IMG/VR virus record: IMGVR_UViG_3300013426_000025
Span: 1-64,000 of that record
Strand: one strand, 5' to 3'
Length of the DNA stretch: 64,000 nt
Source of the DNA: a virus
Taxonomy: Duplodnaviria > Caudoviricetes
Shown: positions 10,816 to 23,100 of the stretch, piece after piece
Numbering within the stretch: position 1 is the first letter of the stretch
Layout: every line of letters starts with the position of its first letter
Notes under the pieces: generated by a model
The model's database searches: none
What the model was told of the DNA's origin: nothing
What the model saw: only the letters and a program-made list of their open reading frames with translations
Position numbers and translations under genes: made by a program

Positions 10816-11296
10816 ATTTACAGATGTTATGATTACATTCAGAGAAGTTCCTAATGAGATTTCTCTATGTATAAACATATCAAATTGTCCTAATAATTGT
10901 CCAGGATGTCACTCTAAAGAACTTCAAAAAGATATTGGGGAAGAACTTACTACTGAGAAACTATATTCTTTAATTAAAAAGAATGAAGGAATAACCTGTG
11001 TATGTTTTATGGGTGGGGATGCAACACCTTTAGAGATACAAGAATTATGTCGTGCAGTAAAAGTTAAATTTCCCAATCTTCTTACTTGTTGGTATTCAGG
11101 TAAAGATAGATTACCTAAAAATTTTGATTTGAGCGTTTTTGATTATATTAAAATAGGTTCTTATAAAGAAAACTATGGTGGATTAGATAGTCGTAAAACA
11201 AATCAAAGATTCTATGAAGTACAAATGACAAAAACTATTATTGATGATGTTGTTATGTATGGTTTAGAGGATATAACTAATAAATTTTGGCAATAA
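10808..11296 (+). CDS. nrdG: Anaerobic RNR activase (radical SAM)
   Basis: CPNNCPGCHS radical SAM motif, FMGGD, TNQRFY; adjacent to nrdD. Confidence 0.92.
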   Translation: MVKFTDVMITFREVPNEISLCINISNCPNNCPGCHSKELQKDIGEELTTEKLYSLIKKNEGITCVCFMGGDATPLEIQELCRAVKVKFPNLLTCWYSGKDRLPKNFDLSVFDYIKIGSYKENYGGLDSRKTNQRFYEVQMTKTIIDDVVMYGLEDITNKFWQ

Positions 11297-11329
11297 CGAA
11301 GAATATTATAAGGATTTATAGAGAATTAT

Positions 11330-11545
11330 ATGATAACAAAAGATAGTCTTAGGAAAGATATTTTTGAAGCATTAAAGAACAAACCTAAAGAATGGAGAGA
11401 CGGTCAATTTATATTTAATTGGGTTTATGATAATTTAGGTGTTGCTGTAAATGCACAAAATAGAGGTGTTGATTGCTATTACGATGACAGTAAAATAGAT
11501 GATTTTATTGATTGTTGCTATAATATATTAACTGGTGTACAATAA
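11330..11545 (+). CDS. Hypothetical phage protein
   Basis: 71 aa with WRDGQ..FN and DCYYDD motifs. Confidence 0.65.
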   Translation: MITKDSLRKDIFEALKNKPKEWRDGQFIFNWVYDNLGVAVNAQNRGVDCYYDDSKIDDFIDCCYNILTGVQ

Positions 11546-11546
11546 T

Positions 11547-11729
11547 ATGGAATGGAACTCTAATGGTAATAAATGGGTAAATAAGTGGATTGATACTCTT
11601 ATTGAATTTAATCAAAGTATTGGTTTAGCATGTCCTTTTAGTAAGAAAGCAAAAGAAGGTTTACATAGATGTGTTGAAGGTATAAATATCATTTTTAACG
11701 AAGAATATTATAATGAAATTAAAAATTAA
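11547..11729 (+). CDS. Hypothetical protein
   Basis: Small ORF filling the operon gap; ATG at 11547 preferred. Confidence 0.5.
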   Translation: MEWNSNGNKWVNKWIDTLIEFNQSIGLACPFSKKAKEGLHRCVEGINIIFNEEYYNEIKN

Positions 11730-12276
11730 AGTAAAAACAATTAGTGGGCAAAAGATGCCTAAAATTATAGGTAAAGGTGAGTGGATAGACCTTAGAGCAA
11801 ATGAGACTGTAGAACTTCATGCACCTGCTATCAAAAAGGTTATTCCCAATAAAAAGAGTAAGAGTGAAGAAGGTAAACAAAATATGCCTCCAGTTCAAAA
11901 CCCTTATAGGTATGTAAATGAAGTTGTATATATTTCTCTTGGTGTTGCTATGAAACTTCCTGATGGTTTTGAAGCAATTATTGCACCAAGAAGTAGTTCA
12001 CCTAAGAATTTTGGGTTTATTGTTCCTAACTCTTTTGGTGTGATAGACAGTAGTTATTGTGGTAATGAAGATGAGTGGAAACTTATTGCATTACCCTTCA
12101 GAGATGCTACTATTTCTAGGGAAGACAGAGTGTGTCAATTTAGGATTCAATTATCTCAAAAAGCAACTTTTTGGCAAAAACTTAAATGGTTTTTCAGTAA
12201 TGGCATAGAATTTGTACAGGTAGAAGATTTAGAAGGAACTGCAAGAGGTGGTTTTGGTTCTACAGGTACTAATTGA
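11713..12276 (+). CDS. dut: Trimeric dUTPase
   Basis: WIDL, PRSS, GVIDSSYCG, RVCQ and RGGFGSTG motifs. Confidence 0.93.
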   Translation: MKLKIKVKTISGQKMPKIIGKGEWIDLRANETVELHAPAIKKVIPNKKSKSEEGKQNMPPVQNPYRYVNEVVYISLGVAMKLPDGFEAIIAPRSSSPKNFGFIVPNSFGVIDSSYCGNEDEWKLIALPFRDATISREDRVCQFRIQLSQKATFWQKLKWFFSNGIEFVQVEDLEGTARGGFGSTGTN

Positions 12277-12277
12277 T

Positions 12278-12568
12278 ATGGAAATAATAACATTAAAAAG
12301 TAATATAAATAGGTATAAACATCTACTTTACCCCTTAAAATCTTTGAGTAGTGATACTATAGCATACAAATACTATACCGAATATCCTCCTAAGATTTTA
12401 AGGAATAAAGTAGGTAATATAAACGGAATAGAATTTCATTGTGGTCCTACTCTTATGTTTGGTGTAGAAGACTATCAATGCCATAAGATACTAAAGGAAA
12501 TATCACCAGCCTTTAGACAAAATGGGCAAGCACGTGAATACCTATTTGATGTATTAATATTTGAATGA
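12278..12568 (+). CDS. Hypothetical protein
   Basis: ATG 1 nt after the dut stop; ATGA overlap with polA. Confidence 0.6.
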   Translation: MEIITLKSNINRYKHLLYPLKSLSSDTIAYKYYTEYPPKILRNKVGNINGIEFHCGPTLMFGVEDYQCHKILKEISPAFRQNGQAREYLFDVLIFE

Positions 12569-14222
12569 TTTATCTAGTTACTAAAAAAACAGAACTATTT
12601 AAATCTGAATATTATACTATAATTGATGCAGAGAAATCATTAGATATGATGCAGAGTTGGGATTTAATTCAATTAGATTCAGAAACTACTGGAAGAGACC
12701 CTCATATCTGTGATTTTCTCTGTGTTCAATTTGGTAATGATAAGGCAGACACAAGAATAGTTTTGGACTGTGAATCTTACAGGATAGAATTGTATAAGGA
12801 GTTACTGGAGAGTAAATTACTTATTCTTCAAAATGCTAAATTTGATATACAATTTCTGTTTAAGCATCATATTATACCAAGAAAAATTTATGATACAATG
12901 ATTGTAGAACAATTGTTGCATCTAGGTTATCCTTCAGGACAAATAAGTTATAGTCTTAAGGCGATAGCAGAAAGGAGACTTGGTATAGATATTGATAAAA
13001 CTGTACGAGGAGAGATTATTTGGAGAGGTCTTGATACTTCTGTTATTTTATATGCTGCTGGTGATGTAACATATCTAGAAAAGATAATGTTATCTCAAAT
13101 TGAAGATTTGAAGAAGCAAGATTTAATTAAAGCTGCTCAGTTAGAAAACAGAACGGTAATAGCAATAGCATATATAGAATGGTGCGGGATTCATCTTAAT
13201 CAAACCAAATGGAAAGAAAAGATGAAGAAAGACCAAGCTAATTTACAAAATGCTATTACTGCCCTTAATTCTTTTATAGAAGAAAAGGCAGGAACTGATG
13301 GTTATACTGTAGAACAGGATTTTGTTATCAGAAGAGCTAGAATAGTTCCTGGTGTTTCTCCATTACAAATTGAAACTTTTGAATTTCCAGAAAATTCTAT
13401 TGAAATCCCTAATAGCAGAAGAAAAGTACACTCCGTACAAGAAGCGTGTAATAACGAACCTGAAGTTGTAACTGATGACATTGTTACTAGAATAAAACGT
13501 AAATTTCCTTTTTGCGAAGTTAATTTACAAGGGGATCTATTCTCTGGATTTAACACTAAGCCTAAATGTATAATTAATTGGTCTAGTTCAAAACAGGTTA
13601 TTCAAGTAGCTAAATGGTTAGGATTTGATACAACAGTTCAAGATAAAAAAACAGGAGAAAACAAAGATAGTGTTCTTGAAAAATCATTATCTATACAAAA
13701 AGGTATAAATGATGAGTTTCTTAAATTGTATTTTACTTATCAAGAGTATGCTAAAGTAGTTTCTTCTTTTGGTCAAGGACATCTTAATGCTATAAATCCT
13801 ATTACAGGAAGGCTCCATACAATATTTAAACAACTTGGTGCAGCGTCAGGTAGGTTGTCATGTGGTTCTCAACAACCTAATACTGATTTGGCAAAACTCA
13901 AGGGTTTGAACCCAAAAGAGTGTACTTATCCTAACATACAGCAATTACCAGCAGATGATAAAACAAGAGGGGCATTTAAAGCACCTAATGATAATTATCT
14001 GTTTGTTAGTGCTGATTTTAGTGCTGAAGAATCAAGATTAGGTGCTGATATATATCAAGACAAGGCTTTCTTAGATGAGTTCATACATGGTTCAAAAGAT
14101 ACTCATAATATGTTTGCATGGATTGTATACAGAAAAGAGTGTGAAGAATTAGGTTGTACTTGTGCAGCAGATGTAAAAAAGAAGGCTCCCCAATGGAGAA
14201 AAAAAGTAAAGGGGTTTGAGTT
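12565..14222 (+). CDS. polA: DNA polymerase family A, exon 1 (3'-5' exonuclease and polymerase up to motif B)
   Basis: Exo motifs DSETTG, QNAKFD, YAAGD; SGRLS, PNIQQLP, motif A DFSAEESR; ends at RKKVKGFE+TT. Confidence 0.93.
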
Positions 14223-15127
14223 AAACTAGTCGGACTCCTTACATAGAAATATGTAAGTAAAAATGCAAATTACGGTGAATACTTAAACGCCGTGATGGTA
14301 CTTTTTAGTACCTTCCTAGAGACTACTAATGCAGACCTAAGTAATGATAGTTGTACATCATTATATGGTTAAGGAATAGTCCAATATTTATTTTATATAT
14401 TAAACTTATGAAAGAAAGATATTTTTGTAAACAATGTGGTAGAGAATTTTTTACTAATAAACATGGTTCTATATATTGTAGAAAACATGGCTACCAAATT
14501 GAAAAATATGGTTATTGCTTGGATAGTAATCCAAGAAATAAATTTGACCCTAATGAGTTCAGATTTATAGGTAATGATGTAGTAGAATTTGACACATATA
14601 AAGAGCCTTCTTGGTGTGTTGACAAAACTTATACTATTGATGCTGAAGACTATCCTTTAGTATCAAAATATCATTGGGTTTCTGATATAAATGGCTATGC
14701 TAGAACAAGACTAAGTAATGGAAAGATTATACTATTACATAGATTAATTACGGATGCAAAGTTAGGACAACAAGTTGACCATATTAATTTGAATGTTATT
14801 GATAATAGGAAAGAAAACTTAAGAATTTGCAGTAATTCTTTAAATTCTTCTAATAGAAAACCTTATAACAAATTAGGTGTAAAAGGCGTAGAGTATCATA
14901 GAAAAGAGAATAAATACTCTGCTTATTTTAGAATTGACAATAAACAATATCATTCCCCTTGTTATAAGACTATTGAAGAAGCAGCATTTGCAAGATTTAT
15001 ATTAGAGCAATTATTTAGAGAGGAGCAATTAACACAATTTAATGATTCTTATATAAATAATCTTACAATTGAGCAAAAAGAGAATATTATTGATAATATA
15101 AAAAGGAAGTTTAATATTAAATAGATG
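14223..15127 (+). mobile_element. Group I self-splicing intron in polA (905 nt)
   Basis: The 5' exon ends in U and the intron ends in G. P1 GAGUU/GACUC has a U.G at the splice site; P10 UAGUCG/CGGCUA; P7 GACUA/UAGUC. Removal restores motif B KGFEFGYMFGG in frame. Confidence 0.93.
14408..15124 (+). CDS. Intron-encoded HNH homing endonuclease (Zn finger + HNH + AP2-like domain)
   Basis: CKQC...CRKH; LHRLI, VDHINLNVIDNRKENLR; KGVEYHRKENKYSA...YKTIEEAAFAR; ATG at 14408 lies just after the ribozyme core. Confidence 0.9.
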   Translation: MKERYFCKQCGREFFTNKHGSIYCRKHGYQIEKYGYCLDSNPRNKFDPNEFRFIGNDVVEFDTYKEPSWCVDKTYTIDAEDYPLVSKYHWVSDINGYARTRLSNGKIILLHRLITDAKLGQQVDHINLNVIDNRKENLRICSNSLNSSNRKPYNKLGVKGVEYHRKENKYSAYFRIDNKQYHSPCYKTIEEAAFARFILEQLFREEQLTQFNDSYINNLTIEQKENIIDNIKRKFNIK

Positions 15128-15740
15128 CGGCTACATGTTTGGAGGTTCAGCACCAACATTAGCAAAAACAGCAGGATGTTCTGTTGAAGAAGCACAATCT
15201 GTAATAGACACTCTTGATAAGGCGTTCTCTGGCATGACAAATTATGCTAAAAAAGGTTCAAGATTTGTAAAAAATAATGGTTATATTGTAATCAACCCAA
15301 TAACAAAACATAAAATGTATTGGTGGGATTGGAAATATTGGAAAGAGCAAGAAGTAAAATTTAATTCTCCTGGCTTTTGGGATGAATATAAATTACATCA
15401 TAAAGGTACAGGAGATTCAATTGCTATGGAGGTAAGAGAACATTTTCAAGCAGGTTCTAAGTGGGATAGAATGGCTAGAAATGCAGTAACACAGGGCACT
15501 GGGGCTGTAATTATGAAAACTGCTCTTATCAACTTATTCTGGTGGATTGTAAACAACAATCTTTTTAATATAGTGCATATATGTGCTTCTGTACATGATG
15601 AAATATGTTGCGATTTTCCAAAAACATTATCCAATTTTCCACAAACACTTGAAAAAATAATGGAAGATGCTGCTGCTGAATATTGTAAGTCATTACCTAT
15701 ACCAGCAGAAGCAGCAGTAGGTGACCATTGGATTCATTAA
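15128..15740 (+). CDS. polA: DNA polymerase family A, exon 2
   Basis: GYMFGG (end of motif B), RMARNAVTQGTGA, motif C VHDEI; spliced product is 756 aa. Confidence 0.93.
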
Positions 15741-15747
15741 AAAAAGT

Positions 15748-16041
15748 ATGAAAAATAGTGATGTAATAAAAGCATTTCTTTTGGGAAATATAGCAAGCAG
15801 TAACAATTTGTTTAGTAGTGGAGATAAACTAATATCTTACTCTACTACTATTGCACAATTCAATAGAGAAGATTGTAACTATTATATAAACAATACAAAA
15901 TATAGTGTTACTACCAGTAAGGCACATAATGAGGTTGCTAGGTTACTGGATGGACATCCTAATATAATAATGTTAGATGATGTCCCTAAAAATACTTATG
16001 ATTTAGTTGAATTTTATAAGAATGGACAATGTAAAAACTAA
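15748..16041 (+). CDS. Hypothetical phage protein
   Basis: LISYSTTIA...KYSVTTSK motif of a common small phage protein family. Confidence 0.65.
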   Translation: MKNSDVIKAFLLGNIASSNNLFSSGDKLISYSTTIAQFNREDCNYYINNTKYSVTTSKAHNEVARLLDGHPNIIMLDDVPKNTYDLVEFYKNGQCKN

Positions 16042-16254
16042 TGTAGTTGACCATCCTGATCATTATAATAATGGCAATATCGAATGTATTGATGCTATGA
16101 CATCAGCATTTGGTATAGTTGTAACTCAAGATTTTTGTAAATTAAATGCTTTCAAATATATTTGGAGGAGTGAATTAAAAGGTAATGAAAACCAAGATAT
16201 TAAGAAAGCAATTTGGTATCTCAATAAATTCTTGGAATTAGACAGTAAGAGATA

Positions 16255-16255
<1 letters not shown>
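16022..16255 (+). CDS. DUF3310 family protein (T7 gp1.7-like nucleotide kinase)
   Basis: VDHPDHY...IECID...NAFKYIWR...K....DIKKAIWYL. Confidence 0.85.
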
Positions 16256-18014
<1,759 letters not shown>

Positions 18015-18016
18015 TT

Positions 18017-18418
18017 ATGGGATGGGGAACAACTTTAACAACTGATATATATTATAGTAGAAAAACTTACAATAGTAAATATGAAGTAGAGAGTGATTTG
18101 CAAGAGTGTGAAGAAATCCTTAATACTATTAAGGGAGACATCAAGGCTCTTGTAGTATGTACAGAACCTGCTAAAATGATGCCACAAGATGAAGGCTGGG
18201 AGCCTTTAGAATGGCTAGTAAGAACAATTGAAATTAAACTTAAGGATTTAGAGGAACAAATAGCAGAAAGAGACAATCTTGCCTTTTTATTAGATAAATG
18301 GGATGAGTGCCATAATAAAGAAGGTTATGCAATACCTTGTCCTGATGAACATTACGGTAAATCTTATTTGGATGGTGATTTTGTAAGAACAACAGAAAAT
18401 AAAGATGGAAGCATTTAG
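18017..18418 (+). CDS. Hypothetical protein
   Basis: Acidic ORF within the operon. Confidence 0.7.
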   Translation: MGWGTTLTTDIYYSRKTYNSKYEVESDLQECEEILNTIKGDIKALVVCTEPAKMMPQDEGWEPLEWLVRTIEIKLKDLEEQIAERDNLAFLLDKWDECHNKEGYAIPCPDEHYGKSYLDGDFVRTTENKDGSI

Positions 18419-18806
18419 AATAGAAAATATTGAGTTCAGGAAGACAACTTCTTTAAAGGATGAAGATGTTTGGGAGATTGTAAAATGGGAAAAGAATCCT
18501 TATTATGGTAAAGAGAAAGAGTATGTCTTAGATGAGGGTGAAGATTTTTATCATCCTAGAAATAGTAAGAATGTACATATTGCAAAAAGTCTATTCCATA
18601 CACCAGAGACATGTTACACTTTAGGTTGGATTGAAGGTAAATGGGACCCTGATGAAAGTAGATTTGACGAAGAACCTGATTTTAGGAGTTGTGGTGTAAG
18701 ACCTTTCTTACTTACAGGTAAAGAAGAGAAAATCTTTTGGGAAGTAGTAAGACAGGTTTACATAAATTTTGGTTATGATGTATGGAAATTACCCGATGGG
18801 AAGTGA
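18405..18806 (+). CDS. Hypothetical protein
   Basis: 133-aa ORF overlapping both neighbours. Confidence 0.7.
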   Translation: MEAFRIENIEFRKTTSLKDEDVWEIVKWEKNPYYGKEKEYVLDEGEDFYHPRNSKNVHIAKSLFHTPETCYTLGWIEGKWDPDESRFDEEPDFRSCGVRPFLLTGKEEKIFWEVVRQVYINFGYDVWKLPDGK

Positions 18807-19101
18807 TGTAAGTAATGCTCCTTGGTGGGAAGATTATAAAGTACCACAAGTAACAGTAAATGCTTGTGTAAGTGAAACCTTACATAAAGGAATTAAAGTT
18901 ACTATGGATGAGAATGATGACCTTGAAAAAGTTGTAAATAAAGAGAACTGGTCTCTTGAAGAAACTCTTAAGGAAGCAATAAATGCACTTGAATTGATGC
19001 TTAATACTTGCAATGGGGGTGATTGTGACCATATTAAGAATATTATTAATGCTTTAAGAGGATGGATTCAAGATGAAAGAGAAGTAGTGCAAGATGATTA
19101 A
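18775..19101 (+). CDS. Hypothetical protein
   Basis: N-terminal NYPMG....APW motif; within the operon. Confidence 0.65.
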   Translation: MMYGNYPMGSDVSNAPWWEDYKVPQVTVNACVSETLHKGIKVTMDENDDLEKVVNKENWSLEETLKEAINALELMLNTCNGGDCDHIKNIINALRGWIQDEREVVQDD

Positions 19102-19324
19102 TTATGTTAATTTTGAATGTTCTACATTAAAGGTGCCTACAAAAGGAATATTACATAATGGTAGTATTCCTTTTGTAGTATGTCCTAAATGTGGTGCTAC
19201 ACATATTCTTGTTGACCAAAGAATGACAAATGTAAGGGTTAATATATCTAAGAAACAATACCCACAAGAAGAACCCAAGAAAGAAGAAGAAAAGAAAGAG
19301 GATAAAGATGAAAGTAACAGTTGA
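19094..19324 (+). CDS. Small Zn-ribbon-like protein with charged tail
   Basis: FEC...CPKCG motif and an E/K-rich C-terminus. Confidence 0.55.
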   Translation: MINYVNFECSTLKVPTKGILHNGSIPFVVCPKCGATHILVDQRMTNVRVNISKKQYPQEEPKKEEEKKEDKDESNS

Positions 19325-19862
19325 AAGAGTAACTTCTTGGAAAAGAGCATTAAATGCAGCAAGAGAAACTGTAGGTAAAGAACCCATTGATAAAGAGCCT
19401 TCAGATAAATGGATTGATTCTATCCTTTATGCAGAACATTCTCCTATTAGATTAGTAGAGTATGATATTCATTTTGAAGGTATTCCTAATTTTGTAGCAG
19501 GTCATCTTGTAAGACATTTTATGGGTACTGAGAAGTTTGTACAATCTAACAGGCAAGATAGAAGTGGTAATGACCCTACTACTATTAATAGGCTTACTCC
19601 TGTTAATATGAGTATGACTTGTAATGCTCAAGCACTTATTAATATATCACGAAAGAGGTTATGTTATTGTGCTTCAAAAGAAACAAGAGAAGTGTGGCAA
19701 GAAGTAAAGAACCAAATTGCTAAGATAGACCCAATAATGGCTAAACACATGATTCGTGAGTGCACTTATCGGGGGTTTTGTCCTGAGTTACACTCTTGTG
19801 GTTATGTTACTAATGCTATTAGTGTGTGTGAAAGAAATAATTATTTAAATAAGAAACAATGA
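19308..19862 (+). CDS. thyX: Flavin-dependent thymidylate synthase (phage ThyX-like)
   Basis: AEHSPIR, HLVRH...QSNR, NAQALINISRKRLC..AS.ETR, C.YRGFCPE. Confidence 0.85.
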   Translation: MKVTVERVTSWKRALNAARETVGKEPIDKEPSDKWIDSILYAEHSPIRLVEYDIHFEGIPNFVAGHLVRHFMGTEKFVQSNRQDRSGNDPTTINRLTPVNMSMTCNAQALINISRKRLCYCASKETREVWQEVKNQIAKIDPIMAKHMIRECTYRGFCPELHSCGYVTNAISVCERNNYLNKKQ

Positions 19863-20107
19863 AAGGACATCCTAAATATAAAGTAGGAGATAAAGTAATA
19901 ATAAATCTACATTACTTTGAAGAGAATGTAAATGAGGGAGAACATATAGGAGAAATTTATATCATTGATGAGAATGGTACTTATGAAAATCCTTCAGATG
20001 TATCTTATGATGTAATGATACATGATTTTAAGTGCTTGAATAATCAAGTTACTGATTGTCTATGTAAGCATTTTACAGAAAGTACTGTAAGACCTTATAC
20101 AGAATAA
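19859..20107 (+). CDS. Hypothetical protein (SH3/KOW-like, KYKVGDKV)
   Basis: Last ORF of the + strand operon; ATGA overlap with thyX. Confidence 0.65.
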   Translation: MKGHPKYKVGDKVIINLHYFEENVNEGEHIGEIYIIDENGTYENPSDVSYDVMIHDFKCLNNQVTDCLCKHFTESTVRPYTE

Positions 20108-20114
20108 TACAATA

Positions 20115-20158
20115 AAAGCCAGCAAGGAGTTTTTCTTCCTGCTGGCTTTCTTTTTTTT
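20115..20158. terminator. Bidirectional intrinsic terminator between the convergent arms
   Basis: AAAGCCAGC.AGGA / TCCT-GCTGGCTTT stem with a T-run on + and an A-run upstream (T-run on -). Confidence 0.85.
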
Positions 20159-20172
20159 CTTAAATACAAGTT

Positions 20173-23100
20173 TTATCTTGTTAACTGATAATTTGGGTCA
20201 AACCATTTCACTAAAGTGTTATCACCTTCCATAAAGTTTCCAACATATCTATAATCTTTATACCATGGTACCGTTTTATATAGTACTTTATGTACATAAA
20301 CGTTTTCCCCAGCATACTTACCCGTTTCGTATTCTTTATCTAAATCACCTAAGCCTATAATAGGATATAATAATCCAGATGCAGTAGTAAGAGATGCTAC
20401 AGGGTTCTTTACAATATTTTTAGCCTCTGTAATAACACCCACAGGAGTTGCAGCAATTGCTTCAGTAGTTAATCTCTTTATAAGATATATATTAAATCTT
20501 GTAAACCAATCTTCATCTTCATAGTCATCTGAACCTCCTATTATAAGACTTGATAATGCTAATAACAATGCTAAAGTACCTAATTCATTCCAGAATTTTC
20601 TAATGTTTGCTCTTCTCATTCTTGCTAACTGAGCCTGCTGTTCTAATGACTTAAAGGCACTATCTGATAATGTTCTGTGCTCTTTTTCTCTGTTGTACTC
20701 ATCAATAACATCTTTCATTGCTCTAAAGGTAATTCTTGCTTTTGCACTCATCTTTTCAGCATCGTTAAATGTACCTTTAATGTAGTTCTTATAGGCAGTA
20801 ACCCACCATCCTTCTCTCCAAGTATCTGAAGTACCATCATAATGTAATGTTCTGTATCTTCTGGAGTAGTGCTCTACCATCCATTGCCTCATTTGCATAA
20901 CTAACCTACCAGTCATGTATTGAGATATGGCACCTCTTTCTTCTTGAGACATTGCGCCATGACACTCTTGGTTAGCCTGTCTTATTTTTCTTTTTACACC
21001 ATCAAAAAATTCATCATGTATATCTGTTAGTGGTTTACCCTCTAATGTTGTAACACCATCTACAAGTTCAAGTTCATTATTTCCGTCTACTTTATCTGAC
21101 TTTTTTAATGCTTTATATAAGGACTGCTCCTTACCATTAATGAGTACTTTTTCGTGATGAAGTATAGCATACATTACAGTATAGTGAATAAGATTTTCAC
21201 CCATTCCATACAATGCAAAAGCATTACTTTCTCTAAATAATTTTCTTGCTGGGTTATAATCAAATCTTTTTCTTCCTAAATCCTCATACTTATCACTAAT
21301 AGGGTCAAATCTGTTAGCAAGTAATGTCTCAAAAGAAGTAGTATTATTAAGTATTACATCCATCATCTTACCTGGAGCATTTGTTACTTTATTTCCAAAC
21401 ATAACACCTTGTGCCCATAATAAATCCCCTACATTCATATTCTCTCTTCCTAATGCTTCAAGTAACATCTGGTATTCACCTGCCATAGCATTAGAGGCAG
21501 CACCAAATACATTTGTAGACAATGTCCTTAGAGAAGTATAATTCATAAGAGATTTCAAATATTTAATATACCACTTATTAGCATTTTTTAATTTTATATT
21601 AAAATATTGAGTATCTAAAAGCCCTTCAACCAAACTTTGAGTGTTAGTGCCTTTAGCATGTTTGAAGAGTCTTTGTATGATAGTAGTTTTATAACTATTG
21701 ACTGTCTCTCCTGTACCTACATCAAATCTTTGCTCACTAATAGGTGTACTTGCTACAAAATCACCCATAAATCTTACTACATCTAATACCTTATTCATAC
21801 AATAGTAGTTTGTAGCAGTCCTAGCAAGATTTGATAGAGCACCTGAAAAATCTAAAAGTAACTCATCTTGGTTTACTTTTTTAGTATAGAATATAGGAAT
21901 TTGTTTTTTTACTGTATCATCTGCAACTCCTTCTACAGGCATAAACTTTTCATCATTAGCAAAGATTACATTTTTTGTAAGTACTTCCTCATCACCTTCT
22001 CTTTTCCAGTAGTTTTTAAACCTCTCCCAAATACTTTTAGGTAATTCTTTTAATGGAACATCTGATAATTCCCTTCTTACTTGAGGAGGCAGATACTGGT
22101 CTTGTGCATATTCAGGCAGTAAGGAACCAAGTTCTGCTTTAATTTGCATAATAGTATCGTAGTATTCTTTTTGTGCTTCATCCAAATGTGTAAAAGGATT
22201 ACCTTCTTCCCCATCTTCATATCTAAAATCATCAATAGGTACTCTCTCGGTTCTACCAGTCTTTTCATCAACTACAACTTCTTGAGTCATATTTTTATAA
22301 TCTTCTTCCATAGCGTCTTTTAACGCTTGACCATGTATTCCTCTTTTCATACATTCTTTTTTAAATGCTATTCTTGCTGCATTAAATGCTCCCCAATTAT
22401 AAGGACTTATAATAGTAGCATTACCGTCTTCATCCCAAGAATACATCCATTTAGTGTTAAAATGTCCTGCTTTTCTCAATTTATCTGTAGCCTTTTGTAT
22501 TCTTGCAGAGTAATCAGCCATCATTTGGTTTCTTTCATCTTGGGCTTTTCTTGTGATACCACCCATTGCTGCAATTATTGGGTTAGAACATCTTGAATAA
22601 GCAAATAAAAAATCCATTATAGAAGCGTCTTGTCTTGCTGCTGTAAGTAGAGTTGTAACATCTCTGCCATCAGGCATATTATCACCAAATATATCAGTAA
22701 GAATACCAAGCATTGTTGACTCTTTCATTACTTCAACATCTGCAACTTTCTTTCTAAGTTCATCGTATAAAGATTTTGCTTGATTGATGATACCTTCTTT
22801 CATATCAGGATTAATATCTTCATCTATAACTTTACTATCAAGAACTGACAATTCATCTAGTAACGATGAATAAGATTCAATGATAGAAGTTGCTTTCATA
22901 ACAGCAGCAGCCATATTGTAGTTATATTCTTTAGTTCCTTCTACGCCTTCTATATTATTAAGAACATCATCAATACTATTGATTTCATCAAGAACAGAAC
23001 CTAAAAATTTAAGTACACTACTTGCATATCTGTTTCCATTAATTTCATCTACCATTTCTTTAATGGTTTCCTTTAATTTATCAGTTTGCTCTTTGTCTAC

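Noticed and set aside
14351-14407. Longer TTG start for the HNH ORF
   Set aside because: It lies inside ribozyme P8/P7; ATG 14408 with an A/T-rich leader is more plausible
12565-15740. polA as a pseudogene or as two subunits
   Set aside because: Group I intron removal restores the frame and motif B
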